Positions 48,208 through 61,400 of a stretch of DNA of 64,000 nt are shown piece by piece. Under the pieces are notes generated by a model. It had not been told where the DNA came from. It searched no databases and was given only the letters and a program-made list of their open reading frames with translations. Origin of the DNA: Anthoceros angustus (taxonomy: Eukaryota > Plantae > Anthocerotophyta); assembly GCA_010909165.1 (NCBI GenBank), contig VJWM01000011.1, positions 1 to 64,000 of the forward strand, read 5' to 3'. Numbering within the stretch: position 1 is the stretch's first letter; every line of letters begins with the position of its first letter. The translations under genes and the position numbers were made by a program.

Positions 48208-51079
48208 CATTCGCTCTTTCTCCTCTTATGGACAGGAACCTAGGCCTCCCCATTCGCTCTTTCTCCTCTTATGGACAGGAACCTAGGCCTCCCCATTCGC
48301 TCTTTCTCCTCTTATGGCGAGGAACCTAGGCCTCCCATTCGCTCTTTCTCCTCTTATGGAGCGGGAACCTAGGCCTCCCCATTCGCTCTTTCTCCTCTTA
48401 TGGGGGAACCTAGGCCTCCCATTCGCTCTTTCTCCTCTTATGGGGGAACCTAGGCCTCCCCATTCGCTCTTTCTCCTCTTATGGGCGGGAACCTAGGCCT
48501 CCCATTCGCTCTTTCTCCTCTTATGGACAGAACCTAGGCCTCCCCATTCGCTCTTTCTCCTCTTATGGGCGGGAACCTAGGCCTCCCCATTCGCTCTTTC
48601 TCCTCTTATGGCGAGAACCTAGGCCTCCCATTCGCTCTTTCTCCTCTTATGGATGGCGGGAACCTAGGCCTCCCCATTCGCTCTTTCTCCTCTTATGGGC
48701 CGGGAACCTAGGCCTCCCCATTCGCTCTTTCTCCTCTTATGGGCGAGAACCTAGGCCTCCCCATTAGCTCTTTCTCCTCTTATGGGCCGGGAACCTAGGC
48801 CTCCCCATTAGCTCTTTCTCCTCTTATATGAGGGAACCTAGGCCTCCCCATTCGCTCTTTCTCCTCTTATGGGCGGGAACCTAGGCCTCCCCATTCGCTC
48901 TTTCTCCTCTTATGGACGGGAACCTAGGCCTCCCCATTCGCTCTTTCTCCTCTTATGGATGTGAACCTAGGCCTCCCCATTCGCTCTTTCTCCTCTTATG
49001 GAGGAACCTAGGCCTCCCCATTCGCTCTTTCTCCTCTTATGGGCGAGAACCTAGGCCTCCCCATTCGCTCTTTCTCCTCTTATGGACAGGAACCTAGGCC
49101 TCCCCATTCGCTCTTTCTCCTCTTATGGGCGGGAACCTAGGCCTCCCCATTACTCTTTCTCCTCTGTGGACAGGAACCTAGGCCTCCCCATTCGCTCTTT
49201 CTCCTCTTATGGAGAACCTAGGCCTCCCCATTCGCTCTTTCTCCTCTTATGGGCGAGAACCTAGGCCTCCCCATTCGCTCTTTCTCCTCTTATGGGCGGG
49301 AACCTAGGCCTCCCCATTCGCTCTTTCTCCTCTTATGATAGGAACCTAGGCCTCCCCATTCGCTCTTTCTCCTCTTATGGAGGAACCTAGGCCTCCCCAT
49401 TCGCTCTTTCTCCTCTTATGGATGTGAACCTAGGCCTCCCCATTCGCTCTTTCTCCTCTTATGGATGTGAACCTAGGCCTCCCCATTCGCTCTTTCTCCT
49501 CTTATGGGCGGGAACCTAGGCCTCCCCATTCGCTCTTTCTCCTCTTATGGACAGGAACCTAGGCCTCCCCATTCGCTCTTTCTCCTCTTATGGAGGAACC
49601 TAGCCTCCCCATTCGCTCTTTCTCCTCTTATGGACAGGAACCTAGGCCTCCCCATTCAGCTCTTTCTCCTCTTATGGGTGTGAACCTAGGCCTCCCCATT
49701 CGCTCTTTCTCCTCTTATGGGCGGAACCTAGGCCTCCCCATTCGCTCTTTCTCCTCTTATGGAGGAACCTAGGCCTCCCCATTCGCTCTTTCTCCTCTTA
49801 TGGATGTGAACCTAGGCCTCCCCATTCGCTCTTTCTCCTCTTATGGCAGGAACCTAGGCCTCCCCATTCGCTCTTTCTCCTCTTATGGAGGGAACCTAGG
49901 CCTCCCCATTCGCTTTCTCCTCTTATGGATGGAACCTAGGCCTCCCCATTCGCTCTTTCTCCTCTTGGTGGATGTGAACCCAGGCCTCCCCATTCGCTCT
50001 TTCTCCTCTTATGGATGTGAACCTAGGCCTCCCATTCGCTCTTTCTCCTCTTATGGACAGAACCTAGGCCTCCCCATTCGCTCTTTCTCCTCTGGACAGG
50101 AACCTAGGCCTCCCATTCGCTCTTTCTCCTCTTATGGGCAGGAACCCAGGCCTCCCCATTCGCTCTTTCTCCTCTTATGGAGGAACCTAGGCCTCCCCAT
50201 TCGCCTTTTCTCCTCTTATGGATGTGAACCCAGGCCTCCCCATTCGCTCTTTCTCCTCTGGCAGGAACCTAGGCCTCCCATTCGCTCTTTCTCCTCTTAT
50301 GGGTGAACCTAGGCCTCCCCATTCGCTCTTTCTCCTTATGGACAGGAACCCAGGCCTCCCATTCGCCTCTTTCTCCTCTTATGGATGGAACCTAGGCCTC
50401 CCCATTCGCTCTTTCTCCTCTTATGGAGGAACCCAGGCCTCCCCATTCGCTCTTTCTCCTCTTATGGGCGAACCTAGGCCTCCCCATTCGCTCTTTCTCC
50501 TCTTATGGGCGGGAACCTAGGCCTCCCCATTCGCTCTTTCTCCTCTTATGGATGGGAACCTAGGCCTCCCCATTATTCGCTCTTTCTCCTCTTATGGGCC
50601 GGGAACCTAGGCCTCCCCATTAGCTCTTTCTCCTCTTATGGAACCTAGGCCTCCCCATTCGCTCTTTCTCCTCTTATAGGGGAACCTAGGCCTCCCCATT
50701 CGCTCTTTCTCCTCTTATGGGCGAGAACCTAGGCCTCCCCATTCTCTTTCTCCTCTTATGGGCGGGAACCTAGGCCTCCCCATTCGCTCTTTCTCCTCTT
50801 ATGGACGGGAACCCTGGCCTCCCATTCGCTCTTTCTCCTCTTATGGACGGGAACCTAGGCCTCCCCATTCGCTCTTTCTCCTCTTATGGGCGGGAACCTA
50901 GGCCTCCCATTCGCTCTTTCTCCTCTTATGGGCGGGAACCTAGGCCTCCCCATTCGCTCTTTCTCCTCTTATGGACAGGAACCTAGGCCTCCCCATTCGC
51001 TCTTTCTCCTCTTATGGACAGGAACCTAGGCCTCCCCATTCGCTCTTTCTCCTCTTATGGACAGGAACCTAGGCCTCCC
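48208..51079. repeat. Minisatellite/satellite array, ~43-bp unit, roughly 65-70 copies
   Basis: Constant core gaacctaggcctccccattcgctctttctcctcttatg plus a 3-8-nt variable segment (gacag, ggcgg, gatgt, gag, ggcga and others). Confidence 0.97.
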
Positions 51080-51269
51080 GTTCATCCCATCATTACATTC
51101 TGGAAAGCTGGCTTATTTATGAGTTCGGAAACACCTGTTCATCCCGTTTTATATTTTGGAAAGCTGGATTAGTTAGGGTTTTGAAGATGCACATCACTGC
51201 TGATACGCTGAACACCAAAAGCACCTGATCACCGAAACCACAAAACCACCTCGATGGCTACCCGTCTAA

Positions 51270-51890
51270 ATGGAGCATCCAGTCTACAAAAACCAAGGAC
51301 ATTTCTAGAGAGAGCTAAAGGACAAGATGGAGGGAACTAGGAAGCATCTAATTCATCAGCCTAACTAGACAGAAACTCAAGCTATAGTCCGAAGAATTGA
51401 AGCTATTTTGTGCCATGACAAGTTTTATGAAATGGCCAAGTAGGTTCCATGCAGCCCTATACCATGGTGTCCTCATGTTGCTGGAGCAAGCTGAGGGTGT
51501 AGAGGGGAGCGCTCAATGCAAGACAGTGCAAGGCATCATGCTCTAGAATCGCCTCCATAAATCGAGCACATTGATTGCTAGAAAATTGCAGGACTTCATT
51601 GCAAAGCGTCGTGGTATCCTCCCCTCTCTACGTTGTGCACTTGAAGGCGCTCCAGAATTGTGGGTTTGCATGCTGTCATGACCTTCTCGCCTCGTTCAAG
51701 CAGGCGATCTTGCCTTGGGCTATAATGTTATGGTGAACCACTTGAAAACTCTATCATAGTCGGCATTCAATGCGAGTCGTAAAATCCTAACTTAAGTTGG
51801 TGAACATATACTGAGGGGGCTATGGTTTTGAGCATAAATTAAATTAATTTTGGTTTTTAATTTTTATATAGCTATTTAACAAAAATAAGG
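51270..51890. repeat. ~620-bp direct repeat, copy 1 (duplicate of the MULE-like 3' end)
   Basis: atggagcatcc...aaaaataagg; matches 53949-54562; no TG...CA ends. Confidence 0.85.
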
Positions 51891-52169
51891 TTCGACATAA
51901 ATATGTATATATTTCAAAATTTTAACATTTGTCAAAAATATTTTTTTGTCAAATTTAAATATTTGAGTTTATATATATATAACTAATGGATATGTATAGA
52001 CCTCCCCTAAACAGGCCCTAATTTTCCACACAAACCCTAGTTTCCTTGTTTTCGGTATCTTAAACTCATAAATTTTTACATATTCAGCATATTAAGTATA
52101 ATAATTTCTGGCTTTTCAAATTTTACTAATTTTAATTAACGCCGAATCAACCCTTGGGGTACGGTAGTT

Positions 52170-53918
52170 GCATGCATTTAAATGATCAAGAAAGTGTTCG
52201 GCTATGGATGGACATTCATGCACACCCATTTCTATCTAAGATAACCATGCAATATTCAAGATAACCATTTTGTGCTAGGTATGCAAACCTCCTTTATGCA
52301 AGACACTCGCTACATTGGGGCAACAAGTCTATAGTTTCCATGGATGCCACCTTTGGCTTAAATAAATGGCATGTAAGTCTTGTGTACACTTTCATTTACC
52401 TTCAATTTGCCTCCTTTCAAACATCTTGCATCCACCGGACATTTGCTCTTATACTCCTATGTACAGTTTCAGCTATTCAGTCTCCTCATGTTCGATGATC
52501 ATATGAATGGTATCCCCGTTGCTTGAGTTATAACCAAGTATGGGAATGGCAATGACATTGCAATATGTTTGAAGGCACTGAAAGACAAATCGCAGGAGAT
52601 GGATAGTACTTGGATGCCGTGTGCTTTTCTGGTCGACGATCGTAAAGTAGAGATGAATGCTATAAGGCATGTGTTTAGGAAGGACTGTCTTGTGTTTTTT
52701 GTGTTTATGGCATGTAAGAAGAGCTTGATTACGAAATCTTTTACAAAATATGGACTGTGGTACTGTCAGGATGCACATTATACAACGACTTGACGACATA
52801 AAGTATATGGCAGGGAAACTAGGTCCTAAAACATCCACCCAAGAGGCAGAGGCCATGCTTGCTGAACTGATGGCAGAGTACGAACTCAAATATCAACATT
52901 TTTCATCTACTTTCGAAGGAGGACATAACATGGCCATATGGATCAAGGACGTAAGAACTATTCATCATGTAGGGCAGGATTGTACTGGTAGCATAGAAGC
53001 ATACCATTTACATCTGAAAGTGTGAGCTTCCCTTACTAAGCAACTCATACGAGGATGCAAAATAGATTGGCTCCTTCCTGTCTTGATTGAAGAGGTTGAG
53101 ATTCATTTTTGAAGAGGTTGAGATTCATTTTTGAAGAGGTTGAGATTCATTTTTGAAGAGGTTGAGATTCATTTTTGAAGAGGTTGAGATTTATTTTTGG
53201 TATCAGCTGGCATGTAAAGAAGCTAGCTTTGTAAGGAATACAAAGTTAGAAAGCATGGTAAAACATTCGATTGCAAAGCAATTCAAAACAGTAGATTCTG
53301 ATGTAAATTTGCCAACCTCATGTGACAAAGATGTATCAGCCCCCACTTTCATTGTTGAAAATGCACATGGTAGTTGGGCAAGCTGTTCGTGTCCATGGGC
53401 TCTGCGAGGCAACACGTGCAAGTATCAAGTAAAAGTACTCATAATGTTGGAGAGACTTAGGGCTCTATTGATCTTGTGCAGAGACTTTGAAGTATGCTAT
53501 TGATGCTCCTACAAAGTGGAATTTGTCAGAAGATCATACAGAGACCAAAAGTAACAATGTACATTATTGCCCAATAATAGCTAGTGCTAGCCCTTAGAAG
53601 GTCCAGGATGTGAATAATCCAAATCCTAGCCTAGTTTTTCAGAGCTTGACTAATATTGGTGAGCCTGATTATCAGGCTCCCCTACAGGCCATACTCGCTA
53701 AAGTTTTCTCAATGATTGCCTAAAATCCCTGTTTGACTCCACATGCACGTGGTATGCTTTCCTTTGCTTTGAGGGTGCTTGAAACTATAAATGCAGAAGA
53801 CAACACTCACTTGAGAAGCACTCTAATATTGGAGATGGAGGAGGATGAGGATATCAGTACAGGACGAAACGTTCCTATTTTCTCCAGTGGAGAGAAAGAG
53901 ACCAAGAATGAAGAATAG
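52170..53918 (+). pseudogene. Decayed Mutator-like (MULE) transposase with a SWIM zinc finger
   Basis: SMDATFGLNK/(intron gtaagt...tacag)/LFSLLMFDDHMNGIPVA*, FLVDDRKVEMNAIRHVF, IEAYHLHLK and SCSCPWALRGNTCKY (SWIM with H replaced by Y). In-frame stops and frameshifts are present. Confidence 0.75.
53089..53198. repeat. 22-bp tandem repeat, 5 copies, inside the MULE ORF
   Basis: gaagaggttgagattcattttt at 53089, 53111, 53133, 53155 and 53177. Confidence 0.95.
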
Positions 53919-53948
53919 TGTTTCTGCATGTAATGCAACGTTGGCAGC

Positions 53949-54562
53949 ATGGAGCATCCCGTCTACAAGGAAACCAAGGACATTTCTAGAGAGAGCTAAA
54001 GGACAAGATGGAGGGAACTAGGAAGCATCTAATTCATCAGCCTAACTAGACAGAAACTCAAGCTATAGTCCGAAGAATTGAAGCTATTTTGTGCCATGAC
54101 AAGTTTTATGAAATGGCCAAAATGGGTTCCATCTGACTATACCATGGTGTCCTCATGTTCTTTGGAGCAGGCGAGGGTGTAGAGGAGCTCAATGCAAGAC
54201 AGTGCAAGGCATCATGCTCTAGAATCGCCTCCATAAATCGAGCACATTGATTGCTAGAAAATTGCAGGACTTCATTGCAAAGCGTCGTGGTATCCTCCCC
54301 TCTCTACGTTGTGCACTTGAAGGCGCTCGGTGTGGGTTTGCATGCTGTCATGACCTTCTCGCCTCGTTCAAGCAGGCGATCTTGCCTTGGGCTATAATGT
54401 TATGGTGAACCACTTGAAAACTCTATCATAGTCGGCATTCAATGCGAGTCGTAAAATCCTAACTTAAGTTGGTGAACATATACTGAGGGGGCTATGGTTT
54501 TGAGCATAAATTAAATTAATTTTGGTTTTTATTTTTTATATAGCTATTTAACAAAAATAAGG
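53949..54562. repeat. ~614-bp direct repeat, copy 2
   Basis: Matches 51270-51890. Confidence 0.85.
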
Positions 54563-55111
54563 GTCATTAAAGAATTAGGCACTTGTGTATGAAATGCTCA
54601 ATTCAAGAAACATATTCATTATTTTAAAAAAATATATTATTTATTTTGAAATATTAAAATTTTATTTTTGGAAAAAATAACTTTTGGCCAAGATGCCCAC
54701 AATCATGACCCTACCGTATTCAACTTGACCTGTAAACCCTAATTTCAATTTATGAACGATATTTACAGAATCACCGGATGATGGAACCGTTCCCGGTAAC
54801 TACCATGGCCAAGAGAGAGAGCGCGGGACCCACAATGAAGTGACTGACAAAACCCCAACAGGGGCCAAGGAAACGGTGTGCTCCATAGGCGACGGCGAAC
54901 GCGATGGCGTCCGGAATGGACATTATCCTTGGAGTCCAACTGCCGTTTGCACTGCGACCCAATAAGGGGAAATGGGAAGACGAGATGCAGACATGGCACA
55001 CGGAGAGGTCGGCATTGCGCAACGTGGCGCGTTACAGCACAGGATGTTGCCAGCTTGTAGTGCCTTGCTCTCGTCTGAAGAGCGTGGGAGCGTGGTGGTC
55101 CAGAGCTGGCA

Positions 55112-56403
55112 ATGGCGGCAACGACTCAAGCCGCGTTTTCCATACTCACGCCTGCTGTGTCCTCCGGAGCACGATCTGGGGAGTGCTCCAGCTCCGCTGC
55201 TTCCACCTGCGCTCTTGCGCACCCTGCCAGGAATCCGGTAAGGGAATGGGCGTGCATTCCTGCATCCGTGAGTCTTGTCTGACAGTTGAAGATCCCGCGT
55301 GGTGCCTGAATCAAATGTGAGATGACAAGGTTTCACTCGTCCGCAGATGCAAAGCTCGTTTCAAGGGCAAACACTGGGGAGGGGAAGCTTGCGAGCAGCA
55401 CATCCTCCCCGCGCTGGCGCACGATTTGATTCTTCCAAGCTGATTCGAGCCAAGACAGCGGGAGCGTCCAAGGAGTACGAGGCCGAGGTGGACAAGCCGC
55501 TGGGATTGTCTCTGGGAACTAAGGCTGGGGGAGGAGTTGTGATCACTGTAAGGTTGTTTTCGGGATAGTTGGACAGCGGAACGGAGGAGTGTGTGTGTGT
55601 GTGTGGCGAGCTCACTTTGGCATGGCTCGCATTGTGCTAGGGCATTGACGGAGGCGGGAATGCAGCCAAGGCAGGTCTCAAGGTCGGGGACCAGGTCATC
55701 TACACCAGCAGCTTCTTCGGTGACGAGCTATGGCCGTCGGACAATCTCAGCTTCACCAAGACGGCGATCCAGGCCAAGCCCGATTCCGTCTACTTCGTGG
55801 TCAACAGGTTTCCGGAAACATCCAGCTCTTGTCCTGCTTTGTCCTGTGCTCGTCACTGGAGATGCTGATGTGTGGAATTCCTTGTGCTCAGAGGCGGAGC
55901 GGTTGATGTGAAGAGGCTCCCTAAACGACCTGCTCCTCCTCGGTTCGGCAGGAAGCTAACTGACGCTCAGAAGGTAAGCTTCACGGCTAGGGTTTTGGTT
56001 TCTGGTCCCGCAAAGCTTCTGCTTCTGTTGCCTGAATTGTCGAGGTCCTGCAGGCGCGGGCGACGCACATTTGCCTGGACTGCGGATACATTTACACCTT
56101 GACGAAGCCCTTCGAGGAACAGGTGAGCAGACTTGTTTATTGCGTGCTGCTGAGGTCTGAGGTGCATGGTGAGGAGCTCCCGGATGCATTTGGAGCACGC
56201 AGTGACCACCGCTCTCCTGGATGGAGTGCTTGCAGGCTGATACATTTCAGTGTCCCCAGTGCTCAGCTCCTAAGAAGCGTTTCTCTCGATTCGACCCAGT
56301 CACGGGCAGAGCTGCTGGCGGCAGCACTCCTGCCCCTGTCCTGATCGGCGTCATAGCAGGCGCGATTGCCGTCGGGGCGTTGGCCTTCTTCGGTCTACAA
56401 TAA
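55112..56403 (+). CDS. ENH1: Chloroplast PDZ-like plus rubredoxin protein (ENH1-like); 6 exons (55112-55237, 55347-55547, 55641-55807, 55892-55973, 56054-56122, 56236-56403)
   Basis: Transit-peptide-like MAATTQAAFS...; EVDKPLGL...GGGVVIT/GIDGGGNAAKAGLKVGDQVIYTSSFFGDELWP (PDZ-like); THICLDCGYIY...FQCPQCSAPKKRF (two CxxC); hydrophobic C-terminal anchor. All introns are GT-AG and in phase. Confidence 0.9.
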
Positions 56404-56734
56404 GCTTGAAATTTCTCGAGGGAAACCCCACTGCAACCCCGGGGATCGAGTTGCTGACGAAACGACGAAACGACGAAACTTGAGGGGCTATTCGACACGT
56501 AAAAGCGTAGCAGGCGAGGATGGCGGCTGGGGAGCACGAAACATGATCTACCACCACCGGGGCCACCTACAACTTTGAGTTCTTTCTCTCTCTGTATCTG
56601 AACCAGAGGTCCAGCTCGTCGGGCTGGATCTGGCTCGCGGCCCAGGCAGGTCGACGAGCCTGCCGCCTGGCCGCTGTGACATATGAAGGCTCTCATAAAT
56701 GACACCGTAAGAGGGCGACAGAGATGGTGGTGTT

Positions 56735-56788
56735 GCAAGGGTGCAGGATGTCGCAAGGGTGCAGGATGTCGCAAGGGTGCAGGATGTC
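56735..56788. repeat. 18-bp tandem repeat, 3 copies
   Basis: gcaagggtgcaggatgtc three times. Confidence 0.9.
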
Positions 56789-58498
56789 ATCTTTGACAGG
56801 TCTACCCAATTCGGTTAGAAGGCTGCTTTGCGGTAAGATTTTCTATAAAATTAATTTATCGTTAGGTTAATTTATAAGATGTAAATATTTCATTGCCTAG
56901 GTACCTAATCCTTTGAGGCCTTTTAGAATTATTTTAGAGAAAAGGAACTTCATAAACAATGACAGCCCACCTACGCTGGAAAGAAGCAAGAAGTACAAAC
57001 ATAAATTGAGAGAAACCGGAGAGGAAAAAACAATCAGCACATCAGCATGCAAAAGAGAAATCATCCAAGCTTTTCTAACTAAGTAATGATGCAAAGAAGA
57101 GTGCTCCCCTCCTTAGCCTAGCCAAAGCAATAGAAGAGGGCTCTCTAAATTGATCAGGTAGAATGTAATATACTTGATATCTCTTAATAGTTATTAGTAA
57201 CGCAATAAAAAATAAAATCAAATAAAAAGTGAAACAAAAAACTATTTGCTATATGCTTGGTACCATGGCTATAAGCGATCGAACCTAGCCTGTTAAAGAG
57301 GAATTGTTGCAGCCACTAATAGGCTCCTTAGGAGTAGTGATGGCTCCTTCACTACTCTGAAGGGTGAAAACAAGGTCCTAGGTTATACCAAAACCTTGTA
57401 AATCCATGTTTTCATGGTTTCATGATAAAAGATGAACACGTCAACTAGGAGCTATTGGCAAAAAAAAAAGGGTTTTAGCATATTTACATATCCACATCTT
57501 AGATTAATTTAAATCACAACGGGAATATATTATATATACATGATGTTTTTAAATATTTGGGCATCCTTGTATGACCAAGGAATACTGCTTTCAAATTACA
57601 CAAAGAAAAAAGGCTTAATGAGTCATGTCATGGGTTATGCATCATGGTCATCCCTCTATAGTGGTGGGAAGCGTCATGAGGCACCGGACCTCCCCTGCAT
57701 AAGCTCGCATCCCCATTACGAATGTTGTTGGCAAGGGGTACAAGCATAGTTTGGTGCCACTCATTAGTCACATATTTGGTCATCTTGAGAGAGACTGTGA
57801 AGGTTAGAATTCAAAATTTGAAATTCCACTTGTGAACTTAATGATTTATTTTTACCTCACTATGATTTACTCATGTTCATTTGTTTTATCTTAAAATTAC
57901 TTACATATAGTGATATAAATTTACATAACCTTTTTCACCTTGTGTTAAGTGGAGTAACCTCATTGACCAGAAACCCAACTTTGTGCATGCAACCTACCTT
58001 CCTGCCCTCCCCTACCTTGCGCCCGTCTCCTTAGCGCCGCCATCACCCACAGCTCCGCACAGTCTCCCTTGCGTTTGTGTTTGTCTGTCGCGACGCCTTC
58101 GATACGGTTCGTCCTCCCTCTGTCCCTCCGTCCCTCCCTCCATCCTTACCCTCACATTCCTCTAATGCGTCCTTCGCCTGCTGTGCCTACTACCCTGCCG
58201 TGCTGTGGAGGTGTGGGTGCCATGGTTGGCCAGCAATCCTCTTCACGGAATAAGAAGAGGAATGCACAGTTTGTTTGGGAGTGAGCTACACGTGTGCTAT
58301 GTGTCATGGAGGAGGCTCTTAGGTGGAATCGTAGGATATGGAGCTACCATGACGAAGATGGAAAGCTTCGCAACAAAGACATCAATGTCTGGGACGACAT
58401 GCTTCTCAAAGGTTTAAAAGACACTACTAGGAACCAGGTGGGTATGTCACGTTTTTTTGTAACATATATACGTCCTATTGTTACATTATAATGTCCAT

Positions 58499-61400
58499 TG
58501 TAACGGTTCTGGTTCGGTCCCCCGAGCCAGCTGTGGGCTACGGACTTCCCTTGGGTGTTAGGAAATAAGTTGGGTTTTGTTTTTTTCGTAGGTCCGAAGA
58601 GTAAAATAAGGTGGAAAAGGAGGAATAAGCACGACGGGCCCTGGATGTTGAGTGTACTCCTGACCGGAGTGGGTAACGGACCCCTACCACTCACGACGAG
58701 CCACTGACCGCACAGGTATCGGATAAGTCCGACCCCACCCGGTCAAAACAGATAAGTACGCCAGTGAAAGTAATTTAGAAGTTGAGTCGTGAAGTCGACC
58801 GAGCGGCGCCACGTGGACGGCCCCGATGGAGGTCGGCATGCAGCAGCAGACCGAGCCTGCAGGCCGTTATAGTGTATTCACGCCGACCGCGGGCCAGAAG
58901 GCCGTAGGCACGCGTGGCGAAGGTCGAGTAAGCCATGCACTGCGCCACGGACAGTGAAGGGCACCTCCCACATCTCTAACGGCCGACGAGGAGGTCATCG
59001 CGACTCGAGCACCGCAGCCTCCGCAACCCTCGCCGGCGCTATCTCGAACGCCAGCATCGCGGCTCACCGGGGTTGGAGCAACAACGCAGTCAAGAGGGCG
59101 ATCGTGCCGCCGATCTCGACAATCGCCAGAGTAAGGAGAAGAAGGCGATGGGACCCAAGAAGGTCATGGAGGTATGGGAGCCATGGAACCCGGTAGAGCG
59201 CAACATTGTCACCCTATCACTTTGGGCCGTGGAGGAGGCGGGAGGATTGGTCAAGAGTGGCACTAGACGTGTTCCAGTCGTCGACATTTGACAAGTCACC
59301 CTAGTCCGGAGTTCGCCGAAGATGTTGGCGCCAACAAGGAGGTTCGATCCAAGAACCTCCGGAGGATCCTGTGAGGTGGACCTTGAGGTCCCGAGGGCGG
59401 CTTACAACCGCCCCGGAGGAGATTGGGGGCGAGTCCCAACCCCTCAAGGCGAGGGAAAGATAGAGGCGCAAGGGCGCGATGTCAAGCCCGAACGCACAAC
59501 AACCAACTACCGGTTGATGCCTGACCACGGATGAGGGTGAGGGCCCTGATCATTGTCCATCGAACTTGCTCACCAAGGTGGATCACCTTGGTGATAATTT
59601 ATTGGTGTTCCCGCATGCGCAGGGCAAGAGGGCCGACCGGGAAGGATCATCTTCGCCAGTTCACCAGAGGCCCGCAAGCCGAGGAGCGAGAAGCCACCGC
59701 TGTGACTATCCCCATACCCGATCCATGTATGGGGACATTACGACCTCCTCAAGGATGGGGAAGAAGAGGCGCCCGAAAGGGCTGGCGGCCCTACTGAAGG
59801 AGCTGCAAAGGCGCCCGAGGTAGAGGCCCGACCCCTAGGGCCAAACGGGTCCGGAGGAGGACGATCGAGGGATACTGACCATACGCCTGAACGGACCCCC
59901 TCACCACCTAGGGAAGTGTGGAAGATATCCCCGCCTCCTCCTCTCGCCGGAGCAGCCAAGGCAGAGACGGCCCGCCCGACACCACCCACCACCACACGTG
60001 AGAGCCCCGACGAACTCCGGCAATCAAGAGGCGAAGACGCCACCCGCCAACGCAGCACCCTGACGGCTCGTGCTCTGCCCGCCCACGGAGTGGCAAGAGG
60101 TCAAGAGGCGAGAAGGGCGAAGAGACGCCTCAAGGAGCAGGAGGTCACCGCAAAGAACCCCACTGAGCCGGGTCCTGCTGCCGACCGGGAGAGGCAAGGG
60201 GCCCCTAACCCTCACCCTCCGAGCCCTGTGACGTAAGAGGGCTAATAAGGAATTGGCCAAGAAGGAGGTGAGCTCCTGACCTGTCAGACCTAAGGGACCC
60301 GATTAGGTCCGAGAGCCCACCCCGACTTGCCCGATCATGGAGGTCCTCGACCGTGAGATGCCCGCCCCACAACGGACTTTTGGGGGCCTCACCAATGGCG
60401 TGGAAGAGACACGGGTCCTGCTACCGCCATGGAATGCCTGGGGTCTCATGGGGACAGCCGAGAAGACCTGTGAAGTGGAAGCCACAAGGAGGCGATGGTG
60501 CTCCTCCAGAGCAATTGAGGCGCCCAGAGGCGAGGAGGAAGGAAGCTCGGCCGCATCAAGAAGGGAAACGCCGAGGCCGAAGAAAGTCCGTCCATTCGAC
60601 AGATGACTAAATTCCTTCACCGGGTGAGCAACAAGCAGTGAGGCCCAAGCGCTGGTCAAGACCTCGCAGCGAGAGGGGTAGCGCAGAGAGGCGAGGAGGC
60701 CCGAGCGCAAGAGAAGGCTCGCGACCCGAGGCGGCCCTACCGACCAAGACCAAGTCGGGCGGGGCCTGTGAAGGCGGCGGAGGAGGAGCGCCGCTAAGAT
60801 CGACCGCGATCACTATCGTGATCAAACCGGTGGAGGGAGACGGCAGGATAGTCTAACTCACGAGCAGGAGGCGGCGGAGCAAAGGGCCACCATGCCGAGG
60901 AGAAGGAAGCCCGCGACAAGGAGATGGAGGATCTCCTGACCGCGCGAGGTGGAGCAACAGGAGATGGAAGACCGCAAGGAGACTCGAGCCGCAGCCCAAG
61001 TTACCATTGAGGTAATGATCATGGCGTGATCACGATAACGAGATAGAGCGGCCCACCTGCTGGACGGAGGAGGTAAGGCGATGGAACAAGGTGACGCCGA
61101 AATGGAGAAGGACTGACGAAGCACGCAAGAGTTGCCCGACCCTGGAGAGGGAGATGGCGAGCTAAAGGCCGTGAGATGAACGGGAGCGAGACTAAAAGAA
61201 GCCGTCCGCCAAGGAAGGCGAAGGAGCCGGCGTGTAAGTCAGCAGAGCAAAACGACGGAGCCGGAGCAAAGTGAGGTGCAGGAGGTGACCGAGGCGCCCT
61301 TGTGGCCTCGCGAGATCCCGGCCCACCAAACCCGGCAGGGGAGATGGTCCAAGAAGTTTGACAAAGACGCCGAGCACCAATGGCGAAAGGAGTATCGGTG

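Noticed and set aside
48314-50986. ORFs such as RNLGLPIRSFSSYG repeats
   Set aside because: These are translations of the satellite; the frame shifts with unit length.
48208-51079. CRISPR array
   Set aside because: Eukaryotic context, no cas genes, and variable segments only 3-8 nt long that recur many times.
51270-54562. LTR retrotransposon or TRIM
   Set aside because: The direct repeats lack TG...CA ends, PBS, PPT and a target-site duplication; the interior is a DNA transposase.
52030-54745. Telomeric repeats (aaacccta at ~52032 and ~54736)
   Set aside because: Isolated single units only, not arrays.
122-56403. Functional redox/plastid gene cluster (LOX, PAA1, catalase, ENH1)
   Set aside because: The thematic link is loose, the genes are separated by large transposon blocks, and no shared regulatory motif was seen. 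It would need microsynteny and co-expression evidence.
58294-58491. Small gene fragment (MEEALRWNRRIWSYHDEDGK...)
   Set aside because: Too short, with no recognisable family or consistent exon chain.
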